DNA of 64,000 nucleotides, from positions 32,001 through 96,000 of the IMG/VR virus record IMGVR_UViG_3300012953_000017. One strand, given 5' to 3'. Origin of the DNA: a virus. Below, one piece after another: positions 17,944-27,509 of this stretch. The translations under genes and the position numbers were made by a program. Numbering within the stretch: position 1 is the first letter of the stretch; each line of letters begins with the position of its first letter. Below the pieces are notes generated by a model. The model saw nothing but the letters and a program-made list of their open reading frames with translations, was not told where the DNA came from and did no database searches.

Positions 17944-20900
17944 TCAATCAAAAGCAGTAATTTTTCTAACTTTTGCAGAAGATGTTGACATTCCCCAGTT
18001 TGCATCGTTGTGGACGTCAGCCATCCACAGTGTGTACAGCTCTGGCGGCTCACTAAAAGAACCCCAAACTCGAAGCCATCCTGTATTGTTATCCAAGTCC
18101 ATTACTTTAAACCGATAGAAAGGTTTTCCGTTCTTGGTTTTTTTAGAAATGACATCGGTTATGCAGAACCAACCTACACCCCGGGTGCCCGGGGAGACCT
18201 CAAAAATTGAATCAACATTCTTGGATTCGATTCTTCTTACAAACTCATCTGGAAAAACTAAATTGTTGCTTACACCTGATGTGAGATCGATATAATTAAG
18301 AATCTTTTCCGTACGATTCCAGTCAGGAAGGCTTGCATAGTCTTTCTTTAACATAGAAAGGATTGGCGTCAAAGTTTCGCCATTCTTTTCTGCACGCTTT
18401 ACTTGCGTCTTGGTTTTGCCATACCTCCCTTTGCGCAAAAGGTCATAGTTCTTGCCATCGGTAATGACCGCCAAAAGCTGTTTGTGATTAATCACTTCTC
18501 CAGTTTGCATCTCTGTAAGAGAGCCAAATGCTTCGATTTTGCACAAAGATGTAAAACAAGTCTTATTGAGTTTTGAATGCTTCCAAGAACCGTCTTCATT
18601 CCAAAACAAGTCGTCTAAAGATTTGTAAGGTCTCCGAATCATGATTTCTTCCATGGCTACATTTCCTACACCTTTTACAGCACTTAGAGGAGGAACGAAA
18701 GCACCTACCTCTTCAGAATAGGACCACTCATCGCCTGAATAGTTTACGTCTGAAGCAGCTATCTTGTACCCATATTGCTTGATCTCAGACATTGCCTTTG
18801 CAAGACCTTTTGGGCTGTTATTTTCAGACTGAAGAATTGTTGCTAGCCACTCATGCTCGTAGTGTGTGTGGAGCCACGCTGCGTAATAAGAATCGATGGC
18901 GTAAGACACTGCGTGTGATTTATTAAAGCCATATACAGAGAACGCTTCAATAGTCTTCCAGAGAGCTTCTGTGATACTTCTGTCGATGCCATGGAGGGAG
19001 TGCGCGCCTTCGACAAACTTCTTACGTGCTGCCTCTCGTTCACCGCCTTTTTTGCCCATCGTGTCTAGCGACTTCTTAACCAATGTCTTTCGAAGTTTAT
19101 CAGATTCACCGGGGGAGAAGCCAGCTAGTTCCACAGCAAGTGTCATAAACTGCTCTTGAAAAACAACAAAGTTAAATGTTGGACCTAGAACTTTTTCAAT
19201 CACAGGATGATCATACTTGATCTCTGATGCATTCTTTTTAGCTTTTACATATTTCCTATGGACATTTGCTTTTAAAGGTCCTGGGCGGTAAATAGCTGTT
19301 AATGCAGCCAACTCTGTGATGGTTGTCGGCTTGGCGGCTAGACAGAAGCGCCTTGCTCCGACAGCTGTAAATTGAAATACGCCTGTGAATCGAGCATTGT
19401 GGTAAACATGTTCCCACACATCAGGATCATCTTGTTGATTATATCTACAATTTAAGTGCTTGTCAAAGAATGCCTTAATGTCGGCAAAAGAAGGACTTGG
19501 GCTTCCTTGCTTTTTTAGAATACGCCCAATACAGTTTTCAACATCCTTTAGCAGGGTGAGTCCTAGAAAGTCGAACTTTAGAAAACCATTGTCTTCTAGA
19601 TTCCGGAAGTTCATACCTTCTGTCCATGGAGTTTGCAAGTCGCCACGTACTCCAATGATTGGCATTGTTTTTGCAAGATCATCTGGAGGTGCAATGATTA
19701 CGCCGCCGGCGTGTCTTCCGATGGATCGATTTTCCATGAAAAGTGTTTCAACGTGCCTACCAACTTCAGGATACTTTTCCATGAATTCACGATAACCCTT
19801 AGAGTACTTAAGGCAGTCTTCATGTTTTAGGACAAACACAGACTTTTCTTGATTCTCATCCTTCGCAAACTTCATAACCTCGTCTTGCAAAGGTCCGGTC
19901 ATCTTGTTCACTTCTGCAAAGTCGATACCGTAAAACTTAGCAATGTCCTTAATCAGTGACTTTAGCTTGAGTGTGTTAAAGTTAGAGACAGGAATAACAG
20001 CATCATCACCAAACAACTCCCGGGAAGCATCAATAAGCGCATCTCGATCGCCGGCGTCGGTGTCAATGTCAGGCCATGAAGTTCTATGGCGCCCTAGGAA
20101 CCGCGACCAGAGCAAACCATGCGGAAGTGGATCGATCTGAGTGATTCCTAGTAAATAGTTTACCAGTGAGCCGGCTCCGGAGCCTCTTCCTGGGCCGAAA
20201 AGCGTGCGTTTTTCAGCAAGATGAAATATCTTGTACATGGCCAAGAAGTAAGCTTCATATCCGAGGTACTTAATGTCAGACATTTCTTCTTTCATGCGTT
20301 CGACATATTCAGGCTTTGAAGCCAAGTCCTCTCTAATCATCGCCTCTTTAACAAGGTCCGCCAGCATTTTAAAAGCCGGCTTTTCTGGAGATCCAAACTT
20401 TGGAAGTTTTACACTAGTGTCAATCCACGTGTCTTCGCACTTTTGCCACGCAATATCATGAGTGCGCTCAATAGCATCACGAACTGTTTCCTCGTACCCT
20501 TTGTAGAAATCATATTCCGCATATCCTTGGTGGAACTCTTCCCACATCTGCTGTGCATTTTTAGGGTACAGCTTACATTTTAAGTCTTCTTCTTTTGGAA
20601 GCATGCTTTGGTCAAGCTTAGCACCCATCCATCCGAGCTTTTTATAAAGCTCGCGTGCTTGCCACTTTTGTGGATCGGGAAAGTGTGAGTCAGCTGTGGC
20701 GATAAGAGGAATATTGGTCTTTTTAGAAAGCTCTAAGAGACACCGATTTGTCAGGTGCTGTGCAGGAAGGTCGTTAAACTGCATTTCTAGGAAAAAGTTA
20801 TCCGGCCCCACACAATCGACAAACCGGTCTGTCATATTTTCTAACCTAGACATGATTGGATTGTAGTCGCCGGGACTATTCATCAAGTCAGGATGTAGTT

Positions 20901-21582
20901 CATCAAACATCATTCCGCCGAACTGTCTGTAAATCAGACCGGAAGCTAAGCCACCTACACAAGCTGTAGAAACCACTAAGCCTTCACCATGCTCTTTAAG
21001 CATCTTGTAATCAATTCTAGGAAAGCGATAAAAACCGTGCTTATACGACTTTTTAACAAGTGTAAAGAGGTTGCCTAGACCTACCTGATTTTTGGCGACA
21101 ACGACAAGATGGTAATAACGCTTCCATTCAGGCTTGTTCCCTCTGGACCGTTTGGTCTCTTCTTCGTCTTCAATTACGTGACCGCCCTGCTCGACTTCCT
21201 GGTCGGCGATGATTACGGTTTTTTCAGTCGAGAGCTTTTCTTTTTGCTTTGCACTCTTTGCGTCTTTGATAGCTTGACGGTGCGCTTCGTAAGACACTTT
21301 CCAGTCTTCCAAAGAAGGTACAAAGTAAAACTCAACACCATACAGTTGTCGATATTTCCGGCCAGCTTTCTGCATTTTAACAGTATGTGATCTAGCATGT
21401 GCAAGACCAGATCCGTTTCCATGATCAGTTAAGGCCCAAGCATCCATTCCTTGTGCATCACTTAGCACAAAATCGATATGCTCTTTAGGATATCCTAGGC
21501 CATCAAATGTGCTAAAAGATGAATGTGCATGAAGACCCACAAATCTTGTGGGTGGCCTGATATCTGTGATAATGTTTGACAT
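17944..21582 (-). CDS. dnaE: DNA polymerase III alpha subunit (family C)
   Basis: PHP motifs LHAHS, TDHG, ADSH; GRGSGAGSL; catalytic PDIDTD; GRHAGG; KFDFLGL; YGFNKSH; C-terminal OB fold. GGAGG RBS favours ATG 21582 over 21615. Confidence 0.95.
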   Translation of the reverse strand: MSNIITDIRPPTRFVGLHAHSSFSTFDGLGYPKEHIDFVLSDAQGMDAWALTDHGNGSGLAHARSHTVKMQKAGRKYRQLYGVEFYFVPSLEDWKVSYEAHRQAIKDAKSAKQKEKLSTEKTVIIADQEVEQGGHVIEDEEETKRSRGNKPEWKRYYHLVVVAKNQVGLGNLFTLVKKSYKHGFYRFPRIDYKMLKEHGEGLVVSTACVGGLASGLIYRQFGGMMFDELHPDLMNSPGDYNPIMSRLENMTDRFVDCVGPDNFFLEMQFNDLPAQHLTNRCLLELSKKTNIPLIATADSHFPDPQKWQARELYKKLGWMGAKLDQSMLPKEEDLKCKLYPKNAQQMWEEFHQGYAEYDFYKGYEETVRDAIERTHDIAWQKCEDTWIDTSVKLPKFGSPEKPAFKMLADLVKEAMIREDLASKPEYVERMKEEMSDIKYLGYEAYFLAMYKIFHLAEKRTLFGPGRGSGAGSLVNYLLGITQIDPLPHGLLWSRFLGRHRTSWPDIDTDAGDRDALIDASRELFGDDAVIPVSNFNTLKLKSLIKDIAKFYGIDFAEVNKMTGPLQDEVMKFAKDENQEKSVFVLKHEDCLKYSKGYREFMEKYPEVGRHVETLFMENRSIGRHAGGVIIAPPDDLAKTMPIIGVRGDLQTPWTEGMNFRNLEDNGFLKFDFLGLTLLKDVENCIGRILKKQGSPSPSFADIKAFFDKHLNCRYNQQDDPDVWEHVYHNARFTGVFQFTAVGARRFCLAAKPTTITELAALTAIYRPGPLKANVHRKYVKAKKNASEIKYDHPVIEKVLGPTFNFVVFQEQFMTLAVELAGFSPGESDKLRKTLVKKSLDTMGKKGGEREAARKKFVEGAHSLHGIDRSITEALWKTIEAFSVYGFNKSHAVSYAIDSYYAAWLHTHYEHEWLATILQSENNSPKGLAKAMSEIKQYGYKIAASDVNYSGDEWSYSEEVGAFVPPLSAVKGVGNVAMEEIMIRRPYKSLDDLFWNEDGSWKHSKLNKTCFTSLCKIEAFGSLTEMQTGEVINHKQLLAVITDGKNYDLLRKGRYGKTKTQVKRAEKNGETLTPILSMLKKDYASLPDWNRTEKILNYIDLTSGVSNNLVFPDEFVRRIESKNVDSIFEVSPGTRGVGWFCITDVISKKTKNGKPFYRFKVMDLDNNTGWLRVWGSFSEPPELYTLWMADVHNDANWGMSTSSAKVRKITAFD

Positions 21583-21600
21583 GTAGCCTCCGGAAGACAT

Positions 21601-21634
21601 AAAAAAACCTGGCATAGATATTCTATACCAGGTT
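21601..21634 (-). terminator. Intrinsic terminator hairpin overlapping a promoter
   Basis: AACCTGGTATAG-AATAT-CTATGCCAGGTT followed by a T run; GTGTAA-N17-TAGAAT overlaps it (21648-21620). Confidence 0.6.
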
Positions 21635-21656
21635 CGTAAGAATTACACTTTTTCTT

Positions 21657-22628
21657 CTAAAAGAATTGTGTAAGATCGATATTTTTTCTCTCGGCTTCCT
21701 GAAGATGTTTGAGCGGATTATAATCTTTACCTTCATTATTCAGAATGCTTTCCCAAGAAGACATTATTCCTTCTCTGAGAGAATAGCTAGGCTTCCAAGC
21801 TGTAATATTTCTAAACTTATCACAGCTAAGAAGGTGATTCCCTAGATAGTCAGTTTGAGGATGCCACTTAATTTTCTTCTGAATATCTAGGCCGGAGACT
21901 TCGGACATCATGTCGACTATTTTTCCAACCTCAACAGGTGTTTCTGCAGCAATGTTAAAATCGTACCCCCACAACCCTAAGTGACAGGCAAGTGCAACGG
22001 AATCACAAAAATCTTCTACGTGCAAATAATCTTTTGTTTTGGCTGGATCTAAAAACATGTCTATGCTGTCAACGCTGTCATCTAGAGCAGCGAAGAAAGA
22101 TTTCGCTATGAGTGAGTTCATATCTCCAACGCCGCCGTAAGCAAATAAGGGACGCATGATAAGCCATCGGTCGCAATGAGACTTGACAACAAACTCAGAG
22201 GCTAGCTTATGTGCGCCATAGAGAGTATTAGGGCCTAAAGTTGAGGCTTCAACAATTTGTCGATCTTGATACAGACTTGTATCGTATATGACAGTAGTGC
22301 CCATGTAGCACACAGGAATCCCTAGACTATTTGCTGCTCTACAAATTGTGTAAGTTCCTGTCACGTTTGAATTAGTAGCTTCATGTGGATTTAGAGCTAC
22401 AACATCTGTGCCTACCATAGCTGCATTGTGTACAACTAGCCCAATTTCGTTCTCTGAAAGCGCTTTTGACCAAGCTGCCTCAGAGTTTCTCCAGACGCAC
22501 AATTCACCAGAAGGCGTTTTTTCTAGGCTGTCTGAAGTTAGAGTAACTGCCTCTTCGCCTACTTTAGCAAAAGACTTTACTAGATTTCTTGCGATAAAAC
22601 CGTTTTCACCCGTGACAAGAACTTTCAC
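21657..22628 (-). CDS. Second NAD-dependent NDP-sugar epimerase/dehydratase (divergent)
   Basis: VLVTGENGFIA, HNAA, YGAHK (YxxxK), KDYLHVED. Confidence 0.85.
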   Translation of the reverse strand: MKVLVTGENGFIARNLVKSFAKVGEEAVTLTSDSLEKTPSGELCVWRNSEAAWSKALSENEIGLVVHNAAMVGTDVVALNPHEATNSNVTGTYTICRAANSLGIPVCYMGTTVIYDTSLYQDRQIVEASTLGPNTLYGAHKLASEFVVKSHCDRWLIMRPLFAYGGVGDMNSLIAKSFFAALDDSVDSIDMFLDPAKTKDYLHVEDFCDSVALACHLGLWGYDFNIAAETPVEVGKIVDMMSEVSGLDIQKKIKWHPQTDYLGNHLLSCDKFRNITAWKPSYSLREGIMSSWESILNNEGKDYNPLKHLQEAERKNIDLTQFF

Positions 22629-22640
22629 TTTTGCTCCTTA

Positions 22641-23087
22641 TTACTCGATGTCTAGATCGTATGGTTCCTCAATAAGAGTACCCGCTTGTTTACATCTGTC
22701 CAAGTAATCCTCAAGCTGCTCAAAAGATGTGCATACTTTGACACCACTACGTGCTAGCATTAGGTTGAACTTTGCTCCTTCAGGTAGACCTTGGCAGAAA
22801 TAAACAATTGGCACATTATTTGCATGAGCATAACCTGCCTCCCAAATTGTGCCGATATCCTTATCACGTGTGTTGACAATAAGAAAATCTGCTGTTTTAA
22901 TGTGGTGAAGGTTACCTGAGAAGACCTCATCCTGTACGCTCTTCGGTGCGTCAGGTGGACACACAAAAATTCTGCGTGGTGAGGCGAGGTCGATCCAGTC
23001 ACGATCGTCGCAAATCTTCTCTAGACTTGTTAGTTCTTCTGCTTGTACTGGATTAAACCAGCCTGATGCTAAATAAATCTTTTTCAT
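22641..23087 (-). CDS. Nucleoside 2-deoxyribosyltransferase / nucleotide N-glycosidase family protein
   Basis: KIYLASGWF, D.GT.WEAGYA, FNLML motifs. Confidence 0.85.
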   Translation of the reverse strand: MKKIYLASGWFNPVQAEELTSLEKICDDRDWIDLASPRRIFVCPPDAPKSVQDEVFSGNLHHIKTADFLIVNTRDKDIGTIWEAGYAHANNVPIVYFCQGLPEGAKFNLMLARSGVKVCTSFEQLEDYLDRCKQAGTLIEEPYDLDIE

Positions 23088-23099
23088 TATTGCCTCTTT

Positions 23100-24071
23100 C
23101 TAAAACTTGTTGTTATAGTCATCTTTGAGTTGGGCGAACTCCGACATGAGATCTCGCCACATAGTTGTAAATACTTTCTCTCCAGTGCCGTGAGTACCAT
23201 TAAGTTCTTCGCGGCGGCACTGGTAGATCGTGTCGTCCGGGTGGAAGTCAAAAGTATCATTCTTAGGTTCTGGCCAGTAAAGATTTGTGCCACGACTGAT
23301 CCACTTGTCGCCCTCTTTCACCCTAAAGGTCTTGATATAGTGCATATCAGGTGTATCAAACTTGAACACGTTTGTTAGCTCTGGAATTGCCTTGCATGCC
23401 TCAATTGCCATTCTTGCGGCCAAAATGTTATCAGCTGCTGGCTGAATCTGAACATCTTGGCGTTGACGAACAAATCCAATGAGATCTTTTAGATTAAGGC
23501 GCATGTAATAAAAAGAAGTTAATGCTTTTGGCAAAATCATACGAGCATCCATCATGGAAACAACTTTAGAATCCGTCATGTCAGCATAAAGATCCTTAGC
23601 TTCTAAGACTAGCTTTTTATATCGCTCTAAAAACGCCGGAGAATTTTCTACAGACTCAGGAATTACTGCTGCATCATCGCGTAGATCTCGATCGCCGGTG
23701 CATTGAGCTGCGAAAGAGCCGGCTCGATGGCGAATGATATGGGTCACCTCTTGAAAAGAAAGACCGGAGAGACGAAAGGTAAATCCTAGACACTCCATTG
23801 GAGTTGGTAGTGCTCGGAACTGAAGAACGTCAAGCAAGTTTTTGCTTTTTAAACTGTCTTCTGCAGTGTCCGGATTAATTTCGTCAGGGGTGTCGGCCCA
23901 AGTTGCCTTAACATAATGCCAAGCAACGTTTCTGGCCTGCTCAGTAGAAGGTGCATCTACCAATTCTACCTTTAAAGCTTCTAGGTTATTTTCGAACTTG
24001 GTCGTAGGTTCCTGACCAAACTTGAGATCCATGGGGAGAACGATAGGTTCTAGATCTGTATTTTGTGGCAT
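23100..24071 (-). CDS. Divergent ThyX-fold flavoprotein (second ThyX paralogue)
   Basis: P.E...FTF...GLS...THIIRHR..SF, DARMILP, N.KDL..F..QR; signature altered to RHRAGSFAAQCTGDR. Confidence 0.75.
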   Translation of the reverse strand: MPQNTDLEPIVLPMDLKFGQEPTTKFENNLEALKVELVDAPSTEQARNVAWHYVKATWADTPDEINPDTAEDSLKSKNLLDVLQFRALPTPMECLGFTFRLSGLSFQEVTHIIRHRAGSFAAQCTGDRDLRDDAAVIPESVENSPAFLERYKKLVLEAKDLYADMTDSKVVSMMDARMILPKALTSFYYMRLNLKDLIGFVRQRQDVQIQPAADNILAARMAIEACKAIPELTNVFKFDTPDMHYIKTFRVKEGDKWISRGTNLYWPEPKNDTFDFHPDDTIYQCRREELNGTHGTGEKVFTTMWRDLMSEFAQLKDDYNNKF

Positions 24072-24101
24072 TGCTTTCCTCCTTTGTGCCAGGTCAATGC
24101 A

Positions 24102-24407
24102 CTAAAAATACCACGATTCATCCCAGTGTTCAACACTAGATGTCTTATTTTTGTCATCTTTTTTGCCTATAATTTCATTCCAAAAGATCGACAATGAATT
24201 GGTATATCCTGATCGATTGAGCGCGGTGTCACCCATATGCAACCAAAGATTCATGCACACATCATGGTAAGCTTCATCTATTTTATCTCGATTTGACTCA
24301 AGTTTCCACTCGTCCGGGACACAATCTTTAGGTGCAGTGCCTGAGTGGATTAAATCGATAGCACGGCGAACACTTTTATGAATTTTTAATAAGTTCATAC
24401 AGATCAT
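24102..24407 (-). CDS. Hypothetical protein
   Basis: About 100-aa ORF within the operon. Confidence 0.5.
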   Translation of the reverse strand: MICMNLLKIHKSVRRAIDLIHSGTAPKDCVPDEWKLESNRDKIDEAYHDVCMNLWLHMGDTALNRSGYTNSLSIFWNEIIGKKDDKNKTSSVEHWDESWYF

Positions 24408-25314
24408 CCTTATCAGAAAATAAAGTCACTAAATCAACGTTTTTAAGCTCTGTGTTGTAAGGCAAAGCGGGAGAGAAAACTTGCACACCATGCTTCGCGT
24501 ATTCGGTTGAGTGCTTTGGAGAATCATCAACTGCACAGATCACTTTCCCTTCTTTGTAGAACTCTTGATCGGATAACCACCTAAATTTTTCTCCGGAAAA
24601 GTCAAGTGCGTCAAATTGTAACTCTGACTCTGAAAGCCACATGTAAGTATCGTGATAGCATTTAAGATTGTCAGAAGGGCGTGCTGTTAGTAGATGAATC
24701 CAGTAGCCTTCACTCTTGAGCTTGTTGACGACACGTACCAGCTTTTCATTCTGCTCTAATATTAAAAACCCGCTCTCATTAATGAAATCTCTAAAAACTT
24801 GTTCCGGAGCTAGGCCGGCATTGAGAACGTCAGATACGTTATAGTATTCCGGGCAAGACACCGGAGTATCGACGCCCTTTGTCACTCTTAGCCAGTCAAA
24901 AAAAGACTTTCTAAAATGCGCTAAAACATCATCAATATCAAATATGACTACCGGTTGTCCTTGCCATGCATTCCTTTCTAGAGAATGTCTCATGTGAAGG
25001 AATACATCTTTTGACTCACACGCAGTTTCAAAATCTTCCGGTTTAATATCCCAGAGATTCAAGATAGCCAAAACATATCTGAAAGCATCGACAGACTTAT
25101 ATAAAATCTTGTGGTGGTCTACCTGATTTTTAACTTGTCTGTGGTCTTTAAAATTAATTGCTGAACCTATTCCGGAGGCTTCAGAATGAAGTGCGAGAAC
25201 AAAAGTTTTTGTAATCTCTTCCTTTTCCTTTGTAGACAGTTTTTCACTATTAAAAAACAGACTTGAAAATTCTTTTTGTCTAATTAAAGACTTTGCCAGA
25301 GTTTCAAAATTCAA
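24376..25314 (-). CDS. Fusion of an all-alpha NTP-pyrophosphatase-like domain and a HAD 5'(3')-deoxynucleotidase
   Basis: N-terminal LHSEA...INFKDH...SVDAFRY; C-terminal FDIDDVL, LTARP, VDDSP; GGAG RBS. Confidence 0.7.
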   Translation of the reverse strand: MNFETLAKSLIRQKEFSSLFFNSEKLSTKEKEEITKTFVLALHSEASGIGSAINFKDHRQVKNQVDHHKILYKSVDAFRYVLAILNLWDIKPEDFETACESKDVFLHMRHSLERNAWQGQPVVIFDIDDVLAHFRKSFFDWLRVTKGVDTPVSCPEYYNVSDVLNAGLAPEQVFRDFINESGFLILEQNEKLVRVVNKLKSEGYWIHLLTARPSDNLKCYHDTYMWLSESELQFDALDFSGEKFRWLSDQEFYKEGKVICAVDDSPKHSTEYAKHGVQVFSPALPYNTELKNVDLVTLFSDKDDLYELIKNS

Positions 25315-25325
25315 GAGAATTCTCC

Positions 25326-25535
25326 TTATACAGACACATTATCTAGATCGACAGGGTCAACGTTGAACACAACTTCACCGTGCAAAAGCACTTCACATAA
25401 ATTTTCGGAAGTGTAGTTGAGCATTATTCCTACAGCGTCCTCTTCTATAATTACTTGCTGAGAACCATACATGGACGCATAGTTTCCTACGCTGTGTGAA
25501 TTGAACTTCACCAAAGTACCTCTTTCGCTACACAT
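25326..25535 (-). CDS. Small hypothetical protein
   Basis: 69 aa immediately downstream of a promoter. Confidence 0.5.
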   Translation of the reverse strand: MCSERGTLVKFNSHSVGNYASMYGSQQVIIEEDAVGIMLNYTSENLCEVLLHGEVVFNVDPVDLDNVSV

Positions 25536-25541
25536 AAGTAA

Positions 25542-25570
25542 AATATAGCCGCCTTTAAAAAAAAGTACAT
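25542..25570 (-). promoter_or_regulatory. Sigma70-like promoter heading the nucleotide-modification operon
   Basis: ATGTAC-N17-TATATT ending 6 nt before ATG 25535. Confidence 0.5.
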
Positions 25571-25669
25571 TTAAACAGCATTGGGTAGTTTTTTTCCATA
25601 GTTATTAAATGTGCCTAAAGTCATAAAGATTATTGGCTCTCGTAAGGCAACAAATATTATTATGAGAAC

Positions 25670-26311
25670 TTGATAGTGCAAGAAAATCGTCCTGACAACG
25701 AAGAAGTCTTTAACGCTCTGACACATGGGGTTGGCGCGATTTTGGCTTTGGTTGGCGGAGTTTTTTTAATTGGACAATCTTGGGAAATAGGGCCCTGGCA
25801 CTTTGCTGGGGCTTTTTTGTATTCAGTTTCTCTTTTTTCAACTTTTTGTGCGTCAGCTTTTTACCATATCTCAACAGATCCTTTAATAAAGCATAGGTAC
25901 AGAGTTCTGGACCATTCATCCATTTACTTGGCAATAGCAGGGAGTTACTCTCCTATACTTCTAGTAAGTCTAATGGACAATTGGGGACTGCTATATTGTG
26001 TTGTAGTGTGGGTGTTGGCAATTGCAGGAATTCTGTACAAGTCTAAATACACAGGAAAGCATGAGGAATATTCACTCGGAACTTATCTAATGATGGGGTG
26101 GATAGGGCTCTTGATTGTGCATGACATTATAGAAACAATACCTAGCGCAGGATTATATTGGCTTTTAGCAGGCGGCATTATCTACACATCCGGGGCTTAT
26201 TTTTATTACAAAGACGATAAAAGATGGTACCACACCATATGGCATTTTTTTGTACTAGGCGGCAGTATGTGTCACTATATTTTGGTCTCTAAGTACATTA
26301 TACAACCTTAG
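25670..26311 (+). CDS. Hemolysin III / PAQR family membrane protein
   Basis: EE.FNALTHG, SAFYH, LDHSSIYLAIAGSYSP, YLMMGW, HTIWHFFVLGGS..H; seven TM helices. Confidence 0.92.
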   Translation: MIVQENRPDNEEVFNALTHGVGAILALVGGVFLIGQSWEIGPWHFAGAFLYSVSLFSTFCASAFYHISTDPLIKHRYRVLDHSSIYLAIAGSYSPILLVSLMDNWGLLYCVVVWVLAIAGILYKSKYTGKHEEYSLGTYLMMGWIGLLIVHDIIETIPSAGLYWLLAGGIIYTSGAYFYYKDDKRWYHTIWHFFVLGGSMCHYILVSKYIIQP

Positions 26312-27089
26312 TCAGTCCCATTTTTTCAATGTATCTGGAAGTGTGAGAATCCATCATTCTCGACTTATACACACCTAATTCCTCTTCAGTAGCGTCTAAG
26401 GCGTTCCTGGCAAGATATTTTTCAACATAAACAGAAAGTGTATTTATAAATTTTTCCAGATTGTCTTCATTAACATTGTCTTCGAGGTATGCGATATTTT
26501 CTTCCACTCGAGCGTCTATTTCCATTGGACTACTCATGTGTGTATAAAGATCCGCATTAGTCACATCATCAAGTGGGTACCCGTATATCACACGCTGAAT
26601 AGAATGTTGCATTTCATGAGCTAGTGCTGCTCTTATCTCCATGGGGAGTGTCGTCAAAAACGGCTTAAGATCTCTTAAATCTTTCGGCATATGCAGAATT
26701 ATTTCTATTATTCCCTCATCTTCAAAATCATCGCTGTGAAGATATCCTGCATCAACGTCAGAATGATCAGCACTTTTGATTAAAAAATGAAACTCTACGT
26801 CTGGTAGAGCGTCAAAGTACTCGCCTTTGGGCTCCGGTAATTTTTGATTATTTTCTGAAGAAATTAAGTCTGTATAGATAAAATCAATTGTGTCATAAAC
26901 AGCTTGTGAGTCAATTGAGCCTTTATTTAAATTAATCGAATTAACAATGGCACTCACAATGGGGTATGCGATTTGAGATGCTGCAGACCTCAGATCAAAT
27001 CTTTGCTGAATCTGACTAGAAGAAGACTCATAAATTAGCCTTTCTTCTGTTTGATCGCTGTCGTTACTGTTTAAAATTGTGTCATTCAT
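26298..27089 (-). CDS. Putative zinc metallopeptidase-like protein
   Basis: LAHEMQHSIQ (HExxH) and downstream EIDAR; N-terminal RLIYES. Confidence 0.6.
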   Translation of the reverse strand: MNDTILNSNDSDQTEERLIYESSSSQIQQRFDLRSAASQIAYPIVSAIVNSINLNKGSIDSQAVYDTIDFIYTDLISSENNQKLPEPKGEYFDALPDVEFHFLIKSADHSDVDAGYLHSDDFEDEGIIEIILHMPKDLRDLKPFLTTLPMEIRAALAHEMQHSIQRVIYGYPLDDVTNADLYTHMSSPMEIDARVEENIAYLEDNVNEDNLEKFINTLSVYVEKYLARNALDATEEELGVYKSRMMDSHTSRYIEKMGLTKVV

Positions 27090-27097
27090 AACACATA

Positions 27098-27107
27098 TAA
27101 ATATGCG
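27098..27107 (-). promoter_or_regulatory. Putative late promoter (ATAYTTA motif)
   Basis: CGCATATTTA 8 nt upstream of ATG 27089. Confidence 0.5.
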
Positions 27108-27509
27108 CTAGTAGCCTGTGTTAAGACGGTCGTGAATAACTTCATCCTTTTTGCGATATGCGTCAAAAAGCTCATCAGCTGTAACGCCAGTAAGAACTAA
27201 TAAGGACAAAAAATAGTTAAAAGCGTCAACAATTTCTTCTAGAAACTCTTCTCTATCAAATTCGTCTACTTCGGTCTTCTTGTGGGGTTTCCAGTTTTTT
27301 AAATGCTGAAGTGCTTCAAACATTTCTTCGACACCTTTCAAAGCAGTATCTCTTAACACTTGCTGAGACTTCTTTTGTGTCAAAGAGACAGGCCATTCTG
27401 GGTATATGTCTGGGTTTGCCTTACTAATTTCTACCATAAATGATTCACGCAGGCGAAACATTTCAGACAGCTTATCTTTATTACTCAGACTCATTTGTCT
27501 CCTCAACAA
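27108..27509 (-). CDS. All-alpha (dimeric-type) dUTPase/dCTPase
   Basis: EEMFEA...NWKPHK...LEEIVDAFNY...K......R motifs. Confidence 0.8.
   Translation of the reverse strand: MLRRQMSLSNKDKLSEMFRLRESFMVEISKANPDIYPEWPVSLTQKKSQQVLRDTALKGVEEMFEALQHLKNWKPHKKTEVDEFDREEFLEEIVDAFNYFLSLLVLTGVTADELFDAYRKKDEVIHDRLNTGY

Noticed and set aside
23087-23293. 68-aa minus-strand ORF overlapping the ThyX paralogue
   Set aside because: Almost entirely nested out of frame in a longer gene; no RBS or motif
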